Of a stretch of 64,000 nt of DNA, positions 14,642 through 27,572 are shown in pieces. Position 1 is the first letter of the stretch. The number at the start of each line of letters is the position of its first letter. A program made the translations under genes and the position numbers. The notes beneath the pieces were generated by a model that was given only the letters and a program-made list of their open reading frames with translations, was not told where the DNA came from and made no database searches. This DNA is from Eledone cirrhosa (taxonomy: Eukaryota). The stretch is from NCBI GenBank assembly GCA_964016885.1, contig OZ024745.1, positions 42,780,001 to 42,844,000 on the forward strand. The letters are read 5' to 3'.

Positions 14642-14821
14642 TAGGAAAAAGTTTAGCACCGACGGCAGAGCTCAAGCCGTTTCGACGGCTATTTCTGGAC
14701 TATTCTGAGTCCAGAAATATCCGTCTTAACGGCTTGAGCTCTGCCGTCGGGGTTAAACTTTTTCCTATTACCCACTCTACTACCCTAAGTATTTGGTACT
14801 CTGGTGCGTTCTGGTCTATCT

Positions 14822-14825
<4 letters not shown>
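14642..14825. mobile_element. family A palindromic element
   Basis: Axis tttctggact-attctg-agtccagaaa; (TA)n flanks. Confidence 0.8.
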
Positions 14826-14898
<73 letters not shown>

Positions 14899-14904
14899 AT
14901 GTAT

Positions 14905-14931
14905 ATTTGCGTCTCATCCTTCGCAGGGGCC

Positions 14932-14964
<33 letters not shown>
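14905..14964 (-). pseudogene. U6 snRNA internal fragment (retro-pseudogene)
   Basis: Minus strand CTAAAATTGGAACGATACAGAGAAGATTAGCATGGCCCCTGCG-AAGGATGAGACGCAAAT matches the conserved U6 core including the ACAGAGA box; both U6 ends missing. Confidence 0.92.
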
Positions 14965-15034
14965 AAAATGTATTACACTCTACTAATGTACTGAGTACCT
15001 TACTTACTATGGTTACCCCTAATTGAACACGGGA

Positions 15035-15107
<73 letters not shown>

Positions 15108-15301
15108 TAGTTGAAGTGTAGTCGTCCCAACATAAATTACCACAATAATAGTCAATTACTATAAATAATAGTTGAGAAAAATCGGGTAAAGTAGGTATGA
15201 AGACGGTAAAACGTGGACATACGCGCCTGCTAGGTATCGAAAACCTCATCTCTTGATCGACTATTATGGTCAATTGCGCCAAGACGACTGCATTTTAAAT
15301 C

Positions 15302-15341
<40 letters not shown>

Positions 15342-15345
<4 letters not shown>

Positions 15346-15544
15346 AACGAGTAGGACCCCGACGGCTGAGTTCAAGCCGTTTCGACGGCTAATTCTGGAC
15401 TAAATTAGTCCAGAATTAGCCGTCGAAATGGCTTGAGCTCAGCCGTCGGGGTCCTACTCGTTCCTATTACCCACTCTACTACCCTAAGTATTGAGTACTT
15501 TGGTGCGTTATGGTCCACTTGGTTCCTTACCACATTTCCTTCGT

Positions 15545-15547
<3 letters not shown>
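15342..15547. mobile_element. family A palindromic element
   Basis: Axis gacggctaattctggact-aaatt-agtccagaattagccgtc; (TA)n flanks. Confidence 0.8.
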
Positions 15548-15580
<33 letters not shown>

Positions 15581-15718
15581 TTACATATGTATGTATACAT
15601 ATTTGGGGGATGGAGGGTGGGGGGGAATTACCAGCTCAGTAATCAATACTTGGGAAAGTTGAGTGAAGGTATTGTAAAGAGCTCAGCCATCGGGCACTAA
15701 CTCTTTACTATGTATATG

Positions 15719-15782
<64 letters not shown>

Positions 15783-16170
15783 TATATATATGAATTAAAA
15801 GATAGAGCAAGAAACCAGGACTATCCGTCATCAGTGATCTTCTGGCTATCATCGGTATTTCTCGCATTAAAGACCAGATACCTCAAGACAGTGCGAACAA
15901 TAACTAAAATAAGTTATTGGGATAAAAAGAATTGTGTGGAGAAAGAGAGACATGTAAACAAACAAAAATGGTAAGGCAACGTAAAGAGAGGAAGATGAGA
16001 AAAGAAGTCAGTGATACAAATCATTAACGAGAAGAAAAAAAGATGCGTCCAAACCCAGCGAAATGTGAGCGAGAAAAGGATTTCACACAGGTCAGACGGG
16101 AGGAAGTGAGAGAGGGGAGTAGCAGAGAGTGAGTGAGTGAAAGTGTGAGGAAGAGGTCAGTCGAGAGAGG

Positions 16171-16260
<90 letters not shown>

Positions 16261-16354
16261 CAGAAGGGATATTCAATTTGTTGGTAATTCAACAAATATA
16301 AATGTTTATAACTGATTCAGAGCACTCGACAGATTTCTAATGTATATATATTCT

Positions 16355-17045
16355 TTATGCATTCGTCTGTCTCGAGAGAGAGACAATGGAGCTGTGCATT
16401 GGTTGTTGTTTATGGCGCAGCGTTGGTTTTGGTTTGACATGTCTATTCAAGAATGGCCTATCTCTCCCACACCCTGCGCAGACGAAGTCTGATACTTGTC
16501 TGTCTGGCAGACCTTTGGCCTTCTTTCTTTGCCGTTTCGCCTCTGACTCTTGGGAATGTGTCTCATCCATGTGTGGAGAGGCCTTGCTAACTCCAGGAGG
16601 ATCGTTCGGAGGTTACAGCTTCCAATATGTCCAGGCTGAACTGTTGGTCCCTCGGGTCTTATTACAACGTAATTGGGATCTGTTTTGAGAGCCGTTTTCT
16701 TTGAGCAAGCTTTCCATGTAGAAGGTCCTTCAGTATTTGACACTCGTTCATTTGCGCGACTTGCTCGAGCCAACGTGTGCATCTTTGATCCAGATCGTAA
16801 ATACTGTGGATGTCAGCCCCATTCTTACAGGGGGCTTTGTCCTTCCAAGATATGTGCATGACACTTCGGAGGCTTCGAGCCTGTTGAGGTAACGTATCTC
16901 TCTAGCATGTAGTGTCAAGTTTTTACTACAATACAAGAAGGGTCTGACGATTAAAACGTAGTAGACTCGGATTTTGGTATGTTTTATCAGCTTGTTCCAT
17001 ACCCTTTTAGTCAACACATGGTAGTAGCAGACTTGTCAATAGGCT
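16355..17045 (-). mobile_element. RTE (BovB-like) LINE 3' fragment, degenerate
   Basis: [54 protein letters not shown]-terminal CAGCGRD zinc knuckle. Confidence 0.8.
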
Positions 17046-17142
17046 TCTTTTGCTCGGTGTCGAGAGGTACATACATACATACATACATACATACATACAT
17101 ACATACATACATACATACATACATACATACATACATACATAC

Positions 17143-17680
17143 ATGATGGCTGCCCCCTCGTTATCGAGTATGGCCATTGCACGATATACCATTATTAATA
17201 ATTATTAATTAATTCTATCGTGCAATGCCTGTGCATGAAGATATTTTTTTAAGTGAGGAAAGACTGTGCACTGAGCCAATCCCACTCTCTGAGTGACAGT
17301 AGCTATAACCTGAAAAGAAGAAAAGATCAACATCATCGGTAACTACTGAGCCGCAGGTTTTATATCGGAGTTATCCCAGTTTCCTGAGTTGCCTTCTCCT
17401 AGAAGAATGCCCTGACAAAGGCTAGGGATGCTTCACTTCCAGTGGTTTAACCGCGCGGTACATGTGTATATACATATTTACACACTTTTGGATGGCCGTT
17501 GACTCTTATGAGTTCTTCCGCCCTTTGTCAGGGTGTGTTTTTTTTCCTGCAGGGTGTCCAAAATCACCCTCCTCACCGAGTAAACTTGGTGGGGTTGCCG
17601 GTTTAGTCGCCGACGACCCGACCATGCGGCAGGTTGTACTGGGTTACATGTTACCAGTAGCACTCAAGAGGGACCCGACA
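17143..17680 (-). mobile_element. short retroelement family flanked by (ACAT)n (probably RTE-derived non-autonomous)
   Basis: Colinear homology with 60523-61130 and 20646-20830; shared termini; (ATGT)n tail on minus strand. Confidence 0.65.
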
Positions 17681-17999
17681 TACATACATACAGACAGACA
17701 ACACACAGAGATATATGTACAATCCTACGCACACAGAAGAGTTAGCAAATATTATGGAACTGGAGTGGAAGGGTAGGTAACTATCTGTATTAGTGTTGGT
17801 GGATTTATAGATGGATGGGTGGATGGATGGGTGGATGGATGGATGGGTGGGTGGATGGATGGATGGCGAGAGTGGTTGGAGTGTTGGGGGGAGGAGTGAA
17901 TTGTTAGGTTAATCAAACAAAAGGATAGATCAATAAGTTGATTATCAGAAGGAGAGATCGATTTTTTCTCATAGATGCCTACAAACAGAGATATTCATA

Positions 18000-18153
<154 letters not shown>

Positions 18154-18446
18154 CCTTTCTTTTTCTCTCTCTCTCTCTCTCTCTCTCTTTCTATATATAT
18201 ATATATGTATGTAGTGTGTGTATGGGAGCGGGGGGAGGTGTATGCAAATATATGTATATATTAATGTACTGGTTTCAGTCATTAAACTGGAGACATGATG
18301 GGGCACCACCTTCAAAAGAATCTCTGGTGCTCACTTCATTCTTCGCAAAAGATATATATATATATAATGATGAAACGAAGCTATCGAATAGGACCAACAC
18401 AGCTTCGATCGCTTTCTCACTCACCCAATAATTTAATTAAGTCTGT

Positions 18447-18522
18447 ATTATTAAGACACGACCTCAAGAGTATATTAAGGCACGACCCCAAGAGTATATT
18501 AAGACACGACCCCAAGAGTATA
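18447..18522. repeat. 24-bp tandem repeat x3
   Basis: tattaagacacgaccccaagagta, enclosed by short inverted repeat atcgctttctcact/agtgagaaaaacgat. Confidence 0.85.
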
Positions 18523-18788
18523 TACTTATACGTTAATTAGTGAGAAAAACGATTTGGTGTGTGTGGAAGATTAGATTTTCCGGCCCCGGACCAATGCATT
18601 AGTTTCTGCGATTCCATCTGCTAGTGGCATCCGAATGGAACTGCCATGAACAGAAATGACGTAATGTTAGTAAACTACATAAGTGGCTAGTATCGCGTCT
18701 TCAGCGGGAATTAGCCTCGCTGGAACAGAGAGTTCCGATGAGCTATCCACCACACACACACGCGTATGTGTGGAGAGAGAGGGGGGGT

Positions 18789-18851
<63 letters not shown>

Positions 18852-18876
18852 TTTTTTATTAGCCACAAGGGCGTAT

Positions 18877-19060
18877 AATTGTTTCTACTTTAGGCACAAG
18901 GCCAGCAATAAACCAGCGCATTACTGGTACTTTATTTTATCGACCCCGTAAGGATGAAAGGCAAAGTCAACCTCGGCGGGATTTGAACTCAGATCGTAAA
19001 GGGACGTAACTATGCTGGAAAGCATGGCCTCCGACCCTCTACCGATACTGCCAATCCACC
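18877..19060 (-). mobile_element. tRNA-derived SINE, family 1 (octopus-type)
   Basis: B-box gagttcaaatccc plus central gactttgcctttcatccttacggggtcgataaaataaagtaccag; more than 10 copies in window. Confidence 0.85.
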
Positions 19061-19061
19061 T

Positions 19062-19111
<50 letters not shown>

Positions 19112-19112
<1 letters not shown>

Positions 19113-20108
19113 TATTTCTTTATTAGCCACAGGGGCACAAAAGAAGGGGACAAATACAAAGGGGGAAGTTTACATACAATAAAAACGTGTAAAATGTTAT
19201 CACAGATGGAATTTAAAAGTTAGTCGATTTTCCCCAATAGAGGGAGACAGTTTATATGGGTAACACAGACCCCCGAAAAAAATGTGCAACCCTCATCTCC
19301 AGGAGTACGAAGAGCTTGTACTCCTTTCCTCTCCTCCTCCTTTTCCTCAACCTACAGGCTGATATAGAGAGAAGGCCCATTCACTCGGGCCATTCTCGCC
19401 ACTTTCATCCACCTTTCATAAAACTTGCTGGGGTACAGCACCTCTCTCTCCATCCTGATTCTTCTTCCAAAGTGGTATTTGAAAAAAAGAATCAGTTGTT
19501 GGCCGGAGAGAAAGGTGTCTGACCTCAGCCCTTTCAACCTTGTCCACCATACAACCTCTTTCGCCATAGCTATCACACAAAGGAAAACCGCCTCTCCTTC
19601 GTTTTTGAAGGAGGGTGGCGGTTTGATCATGACAATGGACTCGGTGGTCAACTGGATTGGTCCCACCCGCGACAATAGTCGTTCTACATAGCCCCACAGG
19701 TCAGTGACGCCCGGGCAGTGTATGAATGCGTGCGCGACGGTTTCTTCGTCTCGCACGCACCTCGGACAGATCTTTTTTGCAGGGTCCCTGCCCGGGCGCC
19801 CATGTCTGTAGAGCTTGTCTCGAACTGGTAGAGCTCCTCGGTAGCACTGCCAGGCCAGGGACTTTTGGAAGTTGTCCATCGGTCCCGGGCGGAAGGTCCT
19901 ACCGAACAGACTGGCCAGTTCATCTTCCTCCACGCCTAGAGTTTCACCGAGCGCGTCGTCGCACTTGCTGCGGACCAACCCTCTATAGAATGACGAAGTG
20001 GAGTCTCCACTGATCGCCGGGTCCGCCTGCCAGAGGGCTGTGAGCGCCTGAGCACATTCGATGTGCCAGTCGCCCATTTTCCTCGGTCTCTGCTTGACCC
20101 AGGACTGC

Positions 20109-20109
<1 letters not shown>
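19112..20109 (-). mobile_element. Tx1/L1-like LINE 3' fragment (zf-RVT region of ORF2, ORF 19352-20077) inside (GATA)n
   Basis: SLAWQCYRGALPVRDKL..CPRCVRDEETVAHAFIHCP cysteine/histidine motif; AATAAA then (ATCT)n; high GC relative to host. Confidence 0.85.
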
Positions 20110-20197
<88 letters not shown>

Positions 20198-20645
20198 TAC
20201 AAGCGCGAACTCGCTATCTTGCAGATTACGTATTTACTTGTAACATTGCTGTAAAGAGGATGACTTGGTGAACTTATTTAACCATCTTGATAAAGACTTC
20301 ACCAAAAATGGAAATCTGTACCGAAAACACTCATGACAAACGTCAACTGTATTATCACTATAGGCATCTCTGTGCAAGTGCAAACACTAGAATGCGTGCT
20401 ACAGTTTAAATAGCTGAGCTATAGGGCGAGGAGGGGGGTGATCATTAATGGTAACGGAACAAGACATGAAGTCCTTACAAGAACCGCACAGACAATGACT
20501 ATCCTAACTATGCTTTAACCAATATAGAAATATAAGAGCATCTTTATGAAGAACAAGATCAGACTCCTGCATGTACTGGTACTTTCCATTTTCCTGTAAT
20601 ACATGTGAGACAATGTGTGTTTCAGGATACATACATAGATACATA

Positions 20646-20830
20646 CATGATGGTTGCCCCCCCCCCCCCCCCCCCCCCCCCTCGTTATCGAGTATAGCCA
20701 TTGCACGATATAGCATTATTAATAATTAGCAATTAATACTATCGTCCAATGCTTGTACGTGAAGATTTTTTTTTATGAGGAAAGACTGTGCACTGAGCCA
20801 ATCCCACTCTCTGAGCGACAGTAACTATAC
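20646..20830 (-). mobile_element. partial copy of the (ACAT)n-flanked family
   Basis: Matches 17143-17310. Confidence 0.7.
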
Positions 20831-21640
20831 ATAGAAAGATAGGCCATATCACACAAAAAAGCAGGTCCACAAAACAATCCACCACCTTGATCCATCACCT
20901 TTCAAAGACCATCCTATAAAGAACTGTGTGAGGGGAAAGAAAGAGAGATGAGCAAAGAAAAGTATAGACTGGTATTAAAAAGTGAACAGAAAAATCCTTA
21001 GCTAAGACAAGAGATCTGGTACGTGATCATGAAAAGTAAAGATCAATGGTGCACAGCATGTCACAATTACGCCCTTACGACTCAATCAGAGCATACGATA
21101 CGCTATGTGTGTGAGTGTGTGCGTGTGTGTATGTATATGAGTGAGTGTATGTATTGATTGGCGAACGTTTGTAATTATAATCGTGGAAAACGTAGACAAT
21201 GTATAAAATGTGTTTATATTATTTTAGTTTATGTATATTTTATGAGTGTGTGTATATTTTTAAGAGCGTGTATATTTTATTAGGAACTAAGCGCTTTTGA
21301 ATACGTTCCTGCATAAAGAAGCAGCAAGGCAATCAATAAGCGTATCGAAATATGATTAGTCAACTGATATCAAGATTTGTTGGTTGACCAAAATACTGTT
21401 GGAAAATGCATCACACATTTATTGAATTGTCATGTATAAAACATACCATAATTTCATGTATTCATACGCAAAAACTCTGTTGTCTTCGATATGTACGCAA
21501 ATATTTTCCTTATATATTGTCACACTAGTTCCTTACTTCAATTGTTTACATAATTGCTAACATAAAACTCCGTTCAAGAAGCTTCCACTTCTAACTGTAA
21601 AGATAATTATATTTATGTAATCTTTCATATATTTATATAG

Positions 21641-21670
<30 letters not shown>

Positions 21671-21671
<1 letters not shown>

Positions 21672-21806
21672 CAACCTAGGTTAACGTATGTTGATGCCCT
21701 AAAGACAGACACTGGTCTGTTGGAGACGCAGGACATAGCAGCGATAATGGACAGAGGCCGCTGGAGATAACTCGTCCATGGATCTCGGGAATTTTACCCG
21801 CCCTAG
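21671..21806 (+). mobile_element. RTE-X-like LINE extreme 3' end in (TA)n
   Basis: TYVDALKTDTGL..QDIAAIM; reverse complement of 55338-55470. Confidence 0.75.
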
Positions 21807-21937
21807 ATATATAGATATATATATATTTCATTTATACATACATACATACATACATACATACATACATACATACAAGCAAAGTTTAAATATTCATTTAATG
21901 GCTAAGTGGTGTGTATGTATGTGAGTGTATTATTTTA

Positions 21938-22048
21938 TAATCCCGCCGAGATTAACTTTGCCTTTCATCCTTACGGGGTCGATAAAATAAAGTACCAGTA
22001 ATGCACTGGGATAATTGCTGGCCTGGTGCCAAAAGTAGAAACAATTAT
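21938..22048 (+). mobile_element. SINE family 1, partial
   Basis: Central domain and tail match 18877-19000. Confidence 0.8.
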
Positions 22049-22681
22049 TTTATAGATAGAAAGAGAGCGAGAGAAAGAGATAGGCAGACGGACAGACATA
22101 CAGACAGAGAGGCAGGCAGAGGGTAAGGGATGATTGGTTACTTAGTAGATGTTAGAATGACTGGATAATAGGTTAATAGCTAGGTGAAGAGATCAATAGG
22201 ACTTTACTGAAAATGACGTCAACAATTCAAAATTGCATGTTGATGAGAATCTATGAAAATCGTTGTCACAATTTTGATGTGATTAGAGATTAGGGATCAA
22301 TTATTAAGGATTAAGCAGAAAGGATCGAAGATCATGGGTCAATAATCAATCAACAGTTAATGATTGATAAACAGATTAACAGAGTAAAATGAGAAAAACA
22401 AGGAAAAAGTGTTTTAATAACACGTCCTTGGATAAGCATAAATACTTAAGAGGGTTTAATGTAGAGAGATAATTTGGAAAGATAAGACGTTCTTGATTTT
22501 TTCCTCCAATATATTGTTGGACATGTGGTTTAGATGTTCGCTTCACTATTATATGATTTCGGATTCGATCCCATTGCGCGACACCTTGAGCAAGTTTTGT
22601 TTATCAAAACGTAGTTAATACATATGTGTGTATTTTTGTGTATGTATTATGTATGTGCATGTCTGTGACAAATATATATAT

Positions 22682-23022
22682 ACATACGTTTAAATAGCTT
22701 GACAAATTGAACATTGCGGTTGGCAAAACCCAACCATACAATACCAAAGTAACGAAAGAACTAACAGGTTAAAATACAGACCAGGACAAATCAAACGATA
22801 TACGTCTGAGGTGTTTCCATGAATCCGAAATCATTTATCCAACTTACGTAACACGCAAGCTTGTGGTATTCCATAATCGAACAGAGGATTCATTTCATCA
22901 ACAGGGGTTCCGTTCTGCCTCAAACTAGTGTGAACAAACTAAATGCGACCGTTACTTTGGTACTGTATGGTTGGGTTTTGCCTGCCGCAATGTTCAATTT
23001 GTCAAGCTATTTAAACGTATGT
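22682..23022. mobile_element. MITE-like element with ~72-bp terminal inverted repeats
   Basis: 22682-22753 reverse-complements 22950-23022; TA-rich left flank. Confidence 0.65.
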
Positions 23023-23146
23023 TATTACTCTGAGGACCTACCCTTATTGAGTGCTTTGTTAACTCATTCCTATTGTAGGTCGACTTTGCTTGGCCACAGC
23101 GTAAGCTTCGATTTACTAAGCTTCCACTTGTATATATATATATATA

Positions 23147-23337
23147 TAACGAAGGAAGCGTGGTAAGGAACCAGGTGGACCATAACGCACCAGAGTACTC
23201 GATACTATAGATAGTAGAGTGGGTAATAGGAAAAGAGTCAGAACCACGACGGCTGAGCTCCGGCCGTTTCGACAGCTATTTCTGAAATAGCTGTCGAAAC
23301 GGCCGGAGCTCAGCCGTCGGGGTCCTGACTCTTTTCC

Positions 23338-23339
<2 letters not shown>
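23147..23339. mobile_element. family A palindromic element
   Basis: Axis gacagctatttc-t-gaaatagctgtc at 23283; long left arm, short right arm. Confidence 0.8.
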
Positions 23340-23375
<36 letters not shown>

Positions 23376-23399
23376 GTGATTATGTCAAGCAGTTGACTT

Positions 23400-23900
23400 A
23401 GGAAGCATTTTAGAAATTTGAAATTTGAAATGTGTGCATCCCAACACAAATGCATTGTCTCCCTCTTTCTTGCAACAGTAATTTCAAGTACAACCATATC
23501 CTTTTACTTAGAAAGCCTCTTCCATGTGTTCTGCCAAAACCACAGTCAGTGCCCACATAATCATTTGCTTGGTGGAATCTTGGTGGAGTGTTGTTTGTAT
23601 GATGTACTCAGGGAACTTCAGTTGTTTCACAAGATCTACACTCTGCTGCCAGTCTGGAGCTATCGAAAATAGGAATGGTCTTGGTTGTGGCAGTGAACAA
23701 AGTTTCTCTTCGCCTTTGAGAAATAGGGTGTTTTTCTTTAATGGGTGGAATTTACTTGATTGAATGAGCACCTGATCAGGGGCAGAAGCAACACAGACCG
23801 GCAGTCAAGGCTTTAGGACAGTTGTTAATGACCAATGCATGAAGGTTTGTTCCTTGCTTTGGCCTTACTAATCTGACAGCTTGTGCTCCCTGCATCAAAC
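23400..23900 (-). mobile_element. Hero-like non-LTR retrotransposon relic (restriction-like endonuclease domain)
   Basis: NCPKALTAG..DQVL and APDWQQSVDLVKQLKFPEYIIQTTL..DSTKQMIMWALTV..EHMEEAF, matching the recalled Hero RLE pattern. Confidence 0.7.
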
Positions 23901-24960
23901 ATTCCTCTCTCACTGAAACTCTCCGGTACCACTCCACATTCTACCTGTGCGGGCTTCAATACAAGCCGCTGCTACGTTTAGGGCTTAAGAGCTTCTGCTG
24001 GCTTCTCTTGTTCATGTCATCACAAATTCGTCTTCGAGGCACCTCCACAAATAGCTGCTGATCTTATTGACCACAAACTCTGGGCAGGGTGGTCTCCTGG
24101 CATAACTAAGCCCTTAAACCAATACAGCAACCTAGATTTGTGAACCTTGGGAAGCTAGGTTATAATGTCTTCGCTGGTTTTCTGAATGGTAACGGTATTC
24201 CTCATGCTCTTCTCTATCTGTTCTGTAAATGTTGGCATACCACCATTTTCCCTCTCCCCGACACAAAGTAATTCTACTTTGATGGTTTAAAGGTCATCTT
24301 TAAGCGAGAGTAGTGGTCATAAGTGAGGGAGAAATTAAACCTAATATCTAATGTGATATTCATACGTTTTGGAGAATAGTATCAGGAGTGAAATAATGTG
24401 GGATATGATAATGACGTGATTGGTGGCAGAAATTTATGTATTATTGTGTGGCCGTCAGAGTAAATGGGTTAAATAACTGAGAGGCAAGTTGTGTTAGTAA
24501 AGGGAAAAGATAGTAAGAGCGATGTGTGAATCAAAGAATGATAGAGTTGGAGAATGACTAATGGATAACCAGATAGCTCACTAAATAGATAGATAGGAGG
24601 GGTAACCTCGATCGGATGAGCTCAGTGAACAGAAGGATGCTAGCCGTTGCAGCTTTCGGTTTTCTGCATAAGTTACTGGTTATGCGTGTTCGGATACCCT
24701 ATATGCGTCGTCGTCGTCGTCCGCTGCCGCCCGCACGTTAAAGCCCGTATCCGCCGCCGCCGCCGCCATCAACGAATTGCCTTTCCTGACCGCCCGCCTT
24801 ACGCTCGCCCGCCCGACCCACGAGAGAAGACGTCGCCGTTACCGCTGGAGCACCGCCAATTACTCCTCAGTCGCCGCCACCAACGCGCGCCTTCCCGGCC
24901 GGGCGGCGTAAAAGTCTGAAGCTCTCTCTCTTAGATAAATAGACAGACAGACAGACAGAC

Positions 24961-25036
<76 letters not shown>

Positions 25037-25037
<1 letters not shown>

Positions 25038-26012
25038 TGTTTCTTTATTAGCCACAGGGGCACAAAAGAAGGGGACAAATACAAAAGGGGGAAGTTTACA
25101 TACAATAAAAACGTGTAAAATATTATCACAAATGCAATTTAAAAGTTAATCCATTTTCCCCAATAGGGGGAGACATTTCATATGGGTAACACATACCCCC
25201 GAAAAAAATGTGCAACCCTCATCTCCAGGAGTACGAAGAGTTTGTACCTCTTTCCTCTCTTCCTCCTTTTCCCCAACCTACAGGCTGATATAGAGAGAAG
25301 GCCCATTCACTCGGGCCATTCTCGCCACTTTCACCCACCTTTCATAAAACTTGCTGGGGTACAGCACCTCTCTCTCCATCCTGATTCTTCTTCCAAAGTG
25401 GTATCTGACCTCAGCCCTTTTAACCTCGTCCACCATACAACCTCTTTCGCCATAGCTATCACACAAAGGAAAACCGCCTCTCCTTCGTTGTTGAAGGAGG
25501 GTGGCGGTTTGATTATGACAATGGACTCGGTGGTCAACTGGATTGGTCCCACCCGCAACAATAGTCGTTCTACAAAGCCCCACAGGTCGGTAACGCCCGG
25601 GCAGTGTACAAATGCGTGCGCGACGGTTTCCTCGTCGCGCACGCATCTCGGACAGATCTTTTTCGAAGGGTCCCTGCCCGGGCGCCCGTGTCTGTAGAGC
25701 TTGTCTCGAACTGGTAGAGCTCCTCAGTAGCACTGTCAGGCCAGGGACTTTGGGAAGTTGTCCATCGGTCCCGGGCGGAAGGTTCTACCGAACAGACTGA
25801 CCAGTTCGTCTTCCTCTACGCCTAGAGTTTCTCCGAGCGCGTCGTCGCACTTACTGCAGACCAACCCTCTATAGAATGTCGAAGTGGAGTCTCCACTGAT
25901 CGCCGGGCCCGCCTGCCAGAGGGCTGTGAGCGCCTGGGCACATTCGATGTGCCAGTCGCCCATTTTCCTCGGTCTTTGCTTGACCCAGGACTGCAGCTCG
26001 GTCAGCGAGACG
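25037..26012 (-). mobile_element. second Tx1/L1-like LINE 3' fragment inside (GATA)n
   Basis: Colinear with 19112-20109; has a 40-bp internal deletion and a premature stop. Confidence 0.85.
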
Positions 26013-26038
26013 AGATAGATAGACAGACAGACAGATGA

Positions 26039-26127
<89 letters not shown>

Positions 26128-26651
26128 CAGACGAAGATTGGGACGGACTGACGGACAGACAAGTAATAAAGAGAATCAGTTAGATGATTTAGAGTAGCTA
26201 AAATATATGTACACTTTCCGTGAATCTTCACAAAAGGTTACATGCTACTACCGGTGCTGGTGAGATGAAAGAGAAAGAGTTTTAGTTCTGGCTTTTATAG
26301 TCTTTCGTTATGCTGGTTACCTCCATCTCCTCCTCCTCCTCCTCTGATTGCTGCTGTTATGTGTGTGTTAGACGTGATAGCTGATGGTGAAATAACGTCC
26401 AACTGAAGTGGACAGAATCTAGTAATATCTGCAGTTTCTGCAGCAACTCTAGAACAAACGGAAACGGTAATGAGTCTAATACGACATCAAAGAGGAACGT
26501 GCTAAGTAGGAATGTTGTGCCATTGTTAAAGGCAATTGGTATTTATGAAGAAGCATACCATAGCTACTTTCTTGTCTCTCTCATCCCGTCGTTATAAATT
26601 GTTTTAAAACTCTGTAAATGTATATATAAATACATATATATATATATATAA

Positions 26652-26727
<76 letters not shown>

Positions 26728-27257
26728 CTGCCCATATACACAAAAAACGCATATACGTATATATATATATATATATATATATACGCACACATGATTTCTC
26801 TCCTCTCGTGTATCTCTCTTTAAAATCCTACCTCTATATTTTCTCCTATATGTAGTTCTCCATATGTTTTTCTTCCCCTTTCTCACTATCTCTTTCTATC
26901 TCTCTCCTACCCTCTTTCATACCCATGCTCTTTCTTCCACTCTATCACCAGAGTTCAAATATGGGTTTCCTGCTCTACCTCCCTCGTTTATATCTTTAAC
27001 TATCTACCTATCGTTCACCATCTTTCTTTCTCTATTTTTCACACATATAATCTTTCACTTTTTCGCAACCAGGCTTTAGTTTTGTGTCAAAGTTTATACA
27101 ATATTCGTGGAATCAAGCACGTAATTCTCTGGTTGCTAAACACATGCATATTATAGGTTTTGATCCAAAGAATACAGCACGATAAAATAGTTTGTCATAG
27201 TAGTATATTACATAATCATTATGTCAGTACACACTAACCTCTGACTAACACAGTGAT

Positions 27258-27290
<33 letters not shown>

Positions 27291-27291
27291 G

Positions 27292-27360
<69 letters not shown>

Positions 27361-27363
<3 letters not shown>

Positions 27364-27572
27364 TGCACCGTTTCCTCTCACCCCCTTTTTGCTATATGTC
27401 TCTCCACTACTCCCCTACACACCCCTTGAACTCTCTTCCCACACACTTTTCACCTGAAGAAGGGCTTATGCCCGAAACGTCGTTCCCCACCACCACCCCA
27501 CTCTCAAGAGCGTGAAATTAATAAACATTCGTTGTACTGCCTCTATGTTTTGTTCCTGTTCAATTTTTCATT
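27361..27572 (+). mobile_element. PLE-type terminus with minimal hammerhead core (27452-27483)
   Basis: ac-CTGAAGAA-gggc ttat gccc-GAAA-cg-TC^-gt, downstream AATAAA; stem I only 2 bp; (TA)n both sides. Confidence 0.6.

Noticed and set aside
14905-14964. Functional U6 gene
   Set aside because: Lacks the 5' stem-loop, 3' end and promoter; has a deletion and a substitution.
17590-17680. HDV-like or pistol ribozyme at the 5' end of the ACAT-flanked family
   Set aside because: Hairpins are present but I could not assemble the required pseudoknots by eye.
19352-20077. 241-aa host gene
   Set aside because: It is the C-terminal part of a truncated LINE ORF2.
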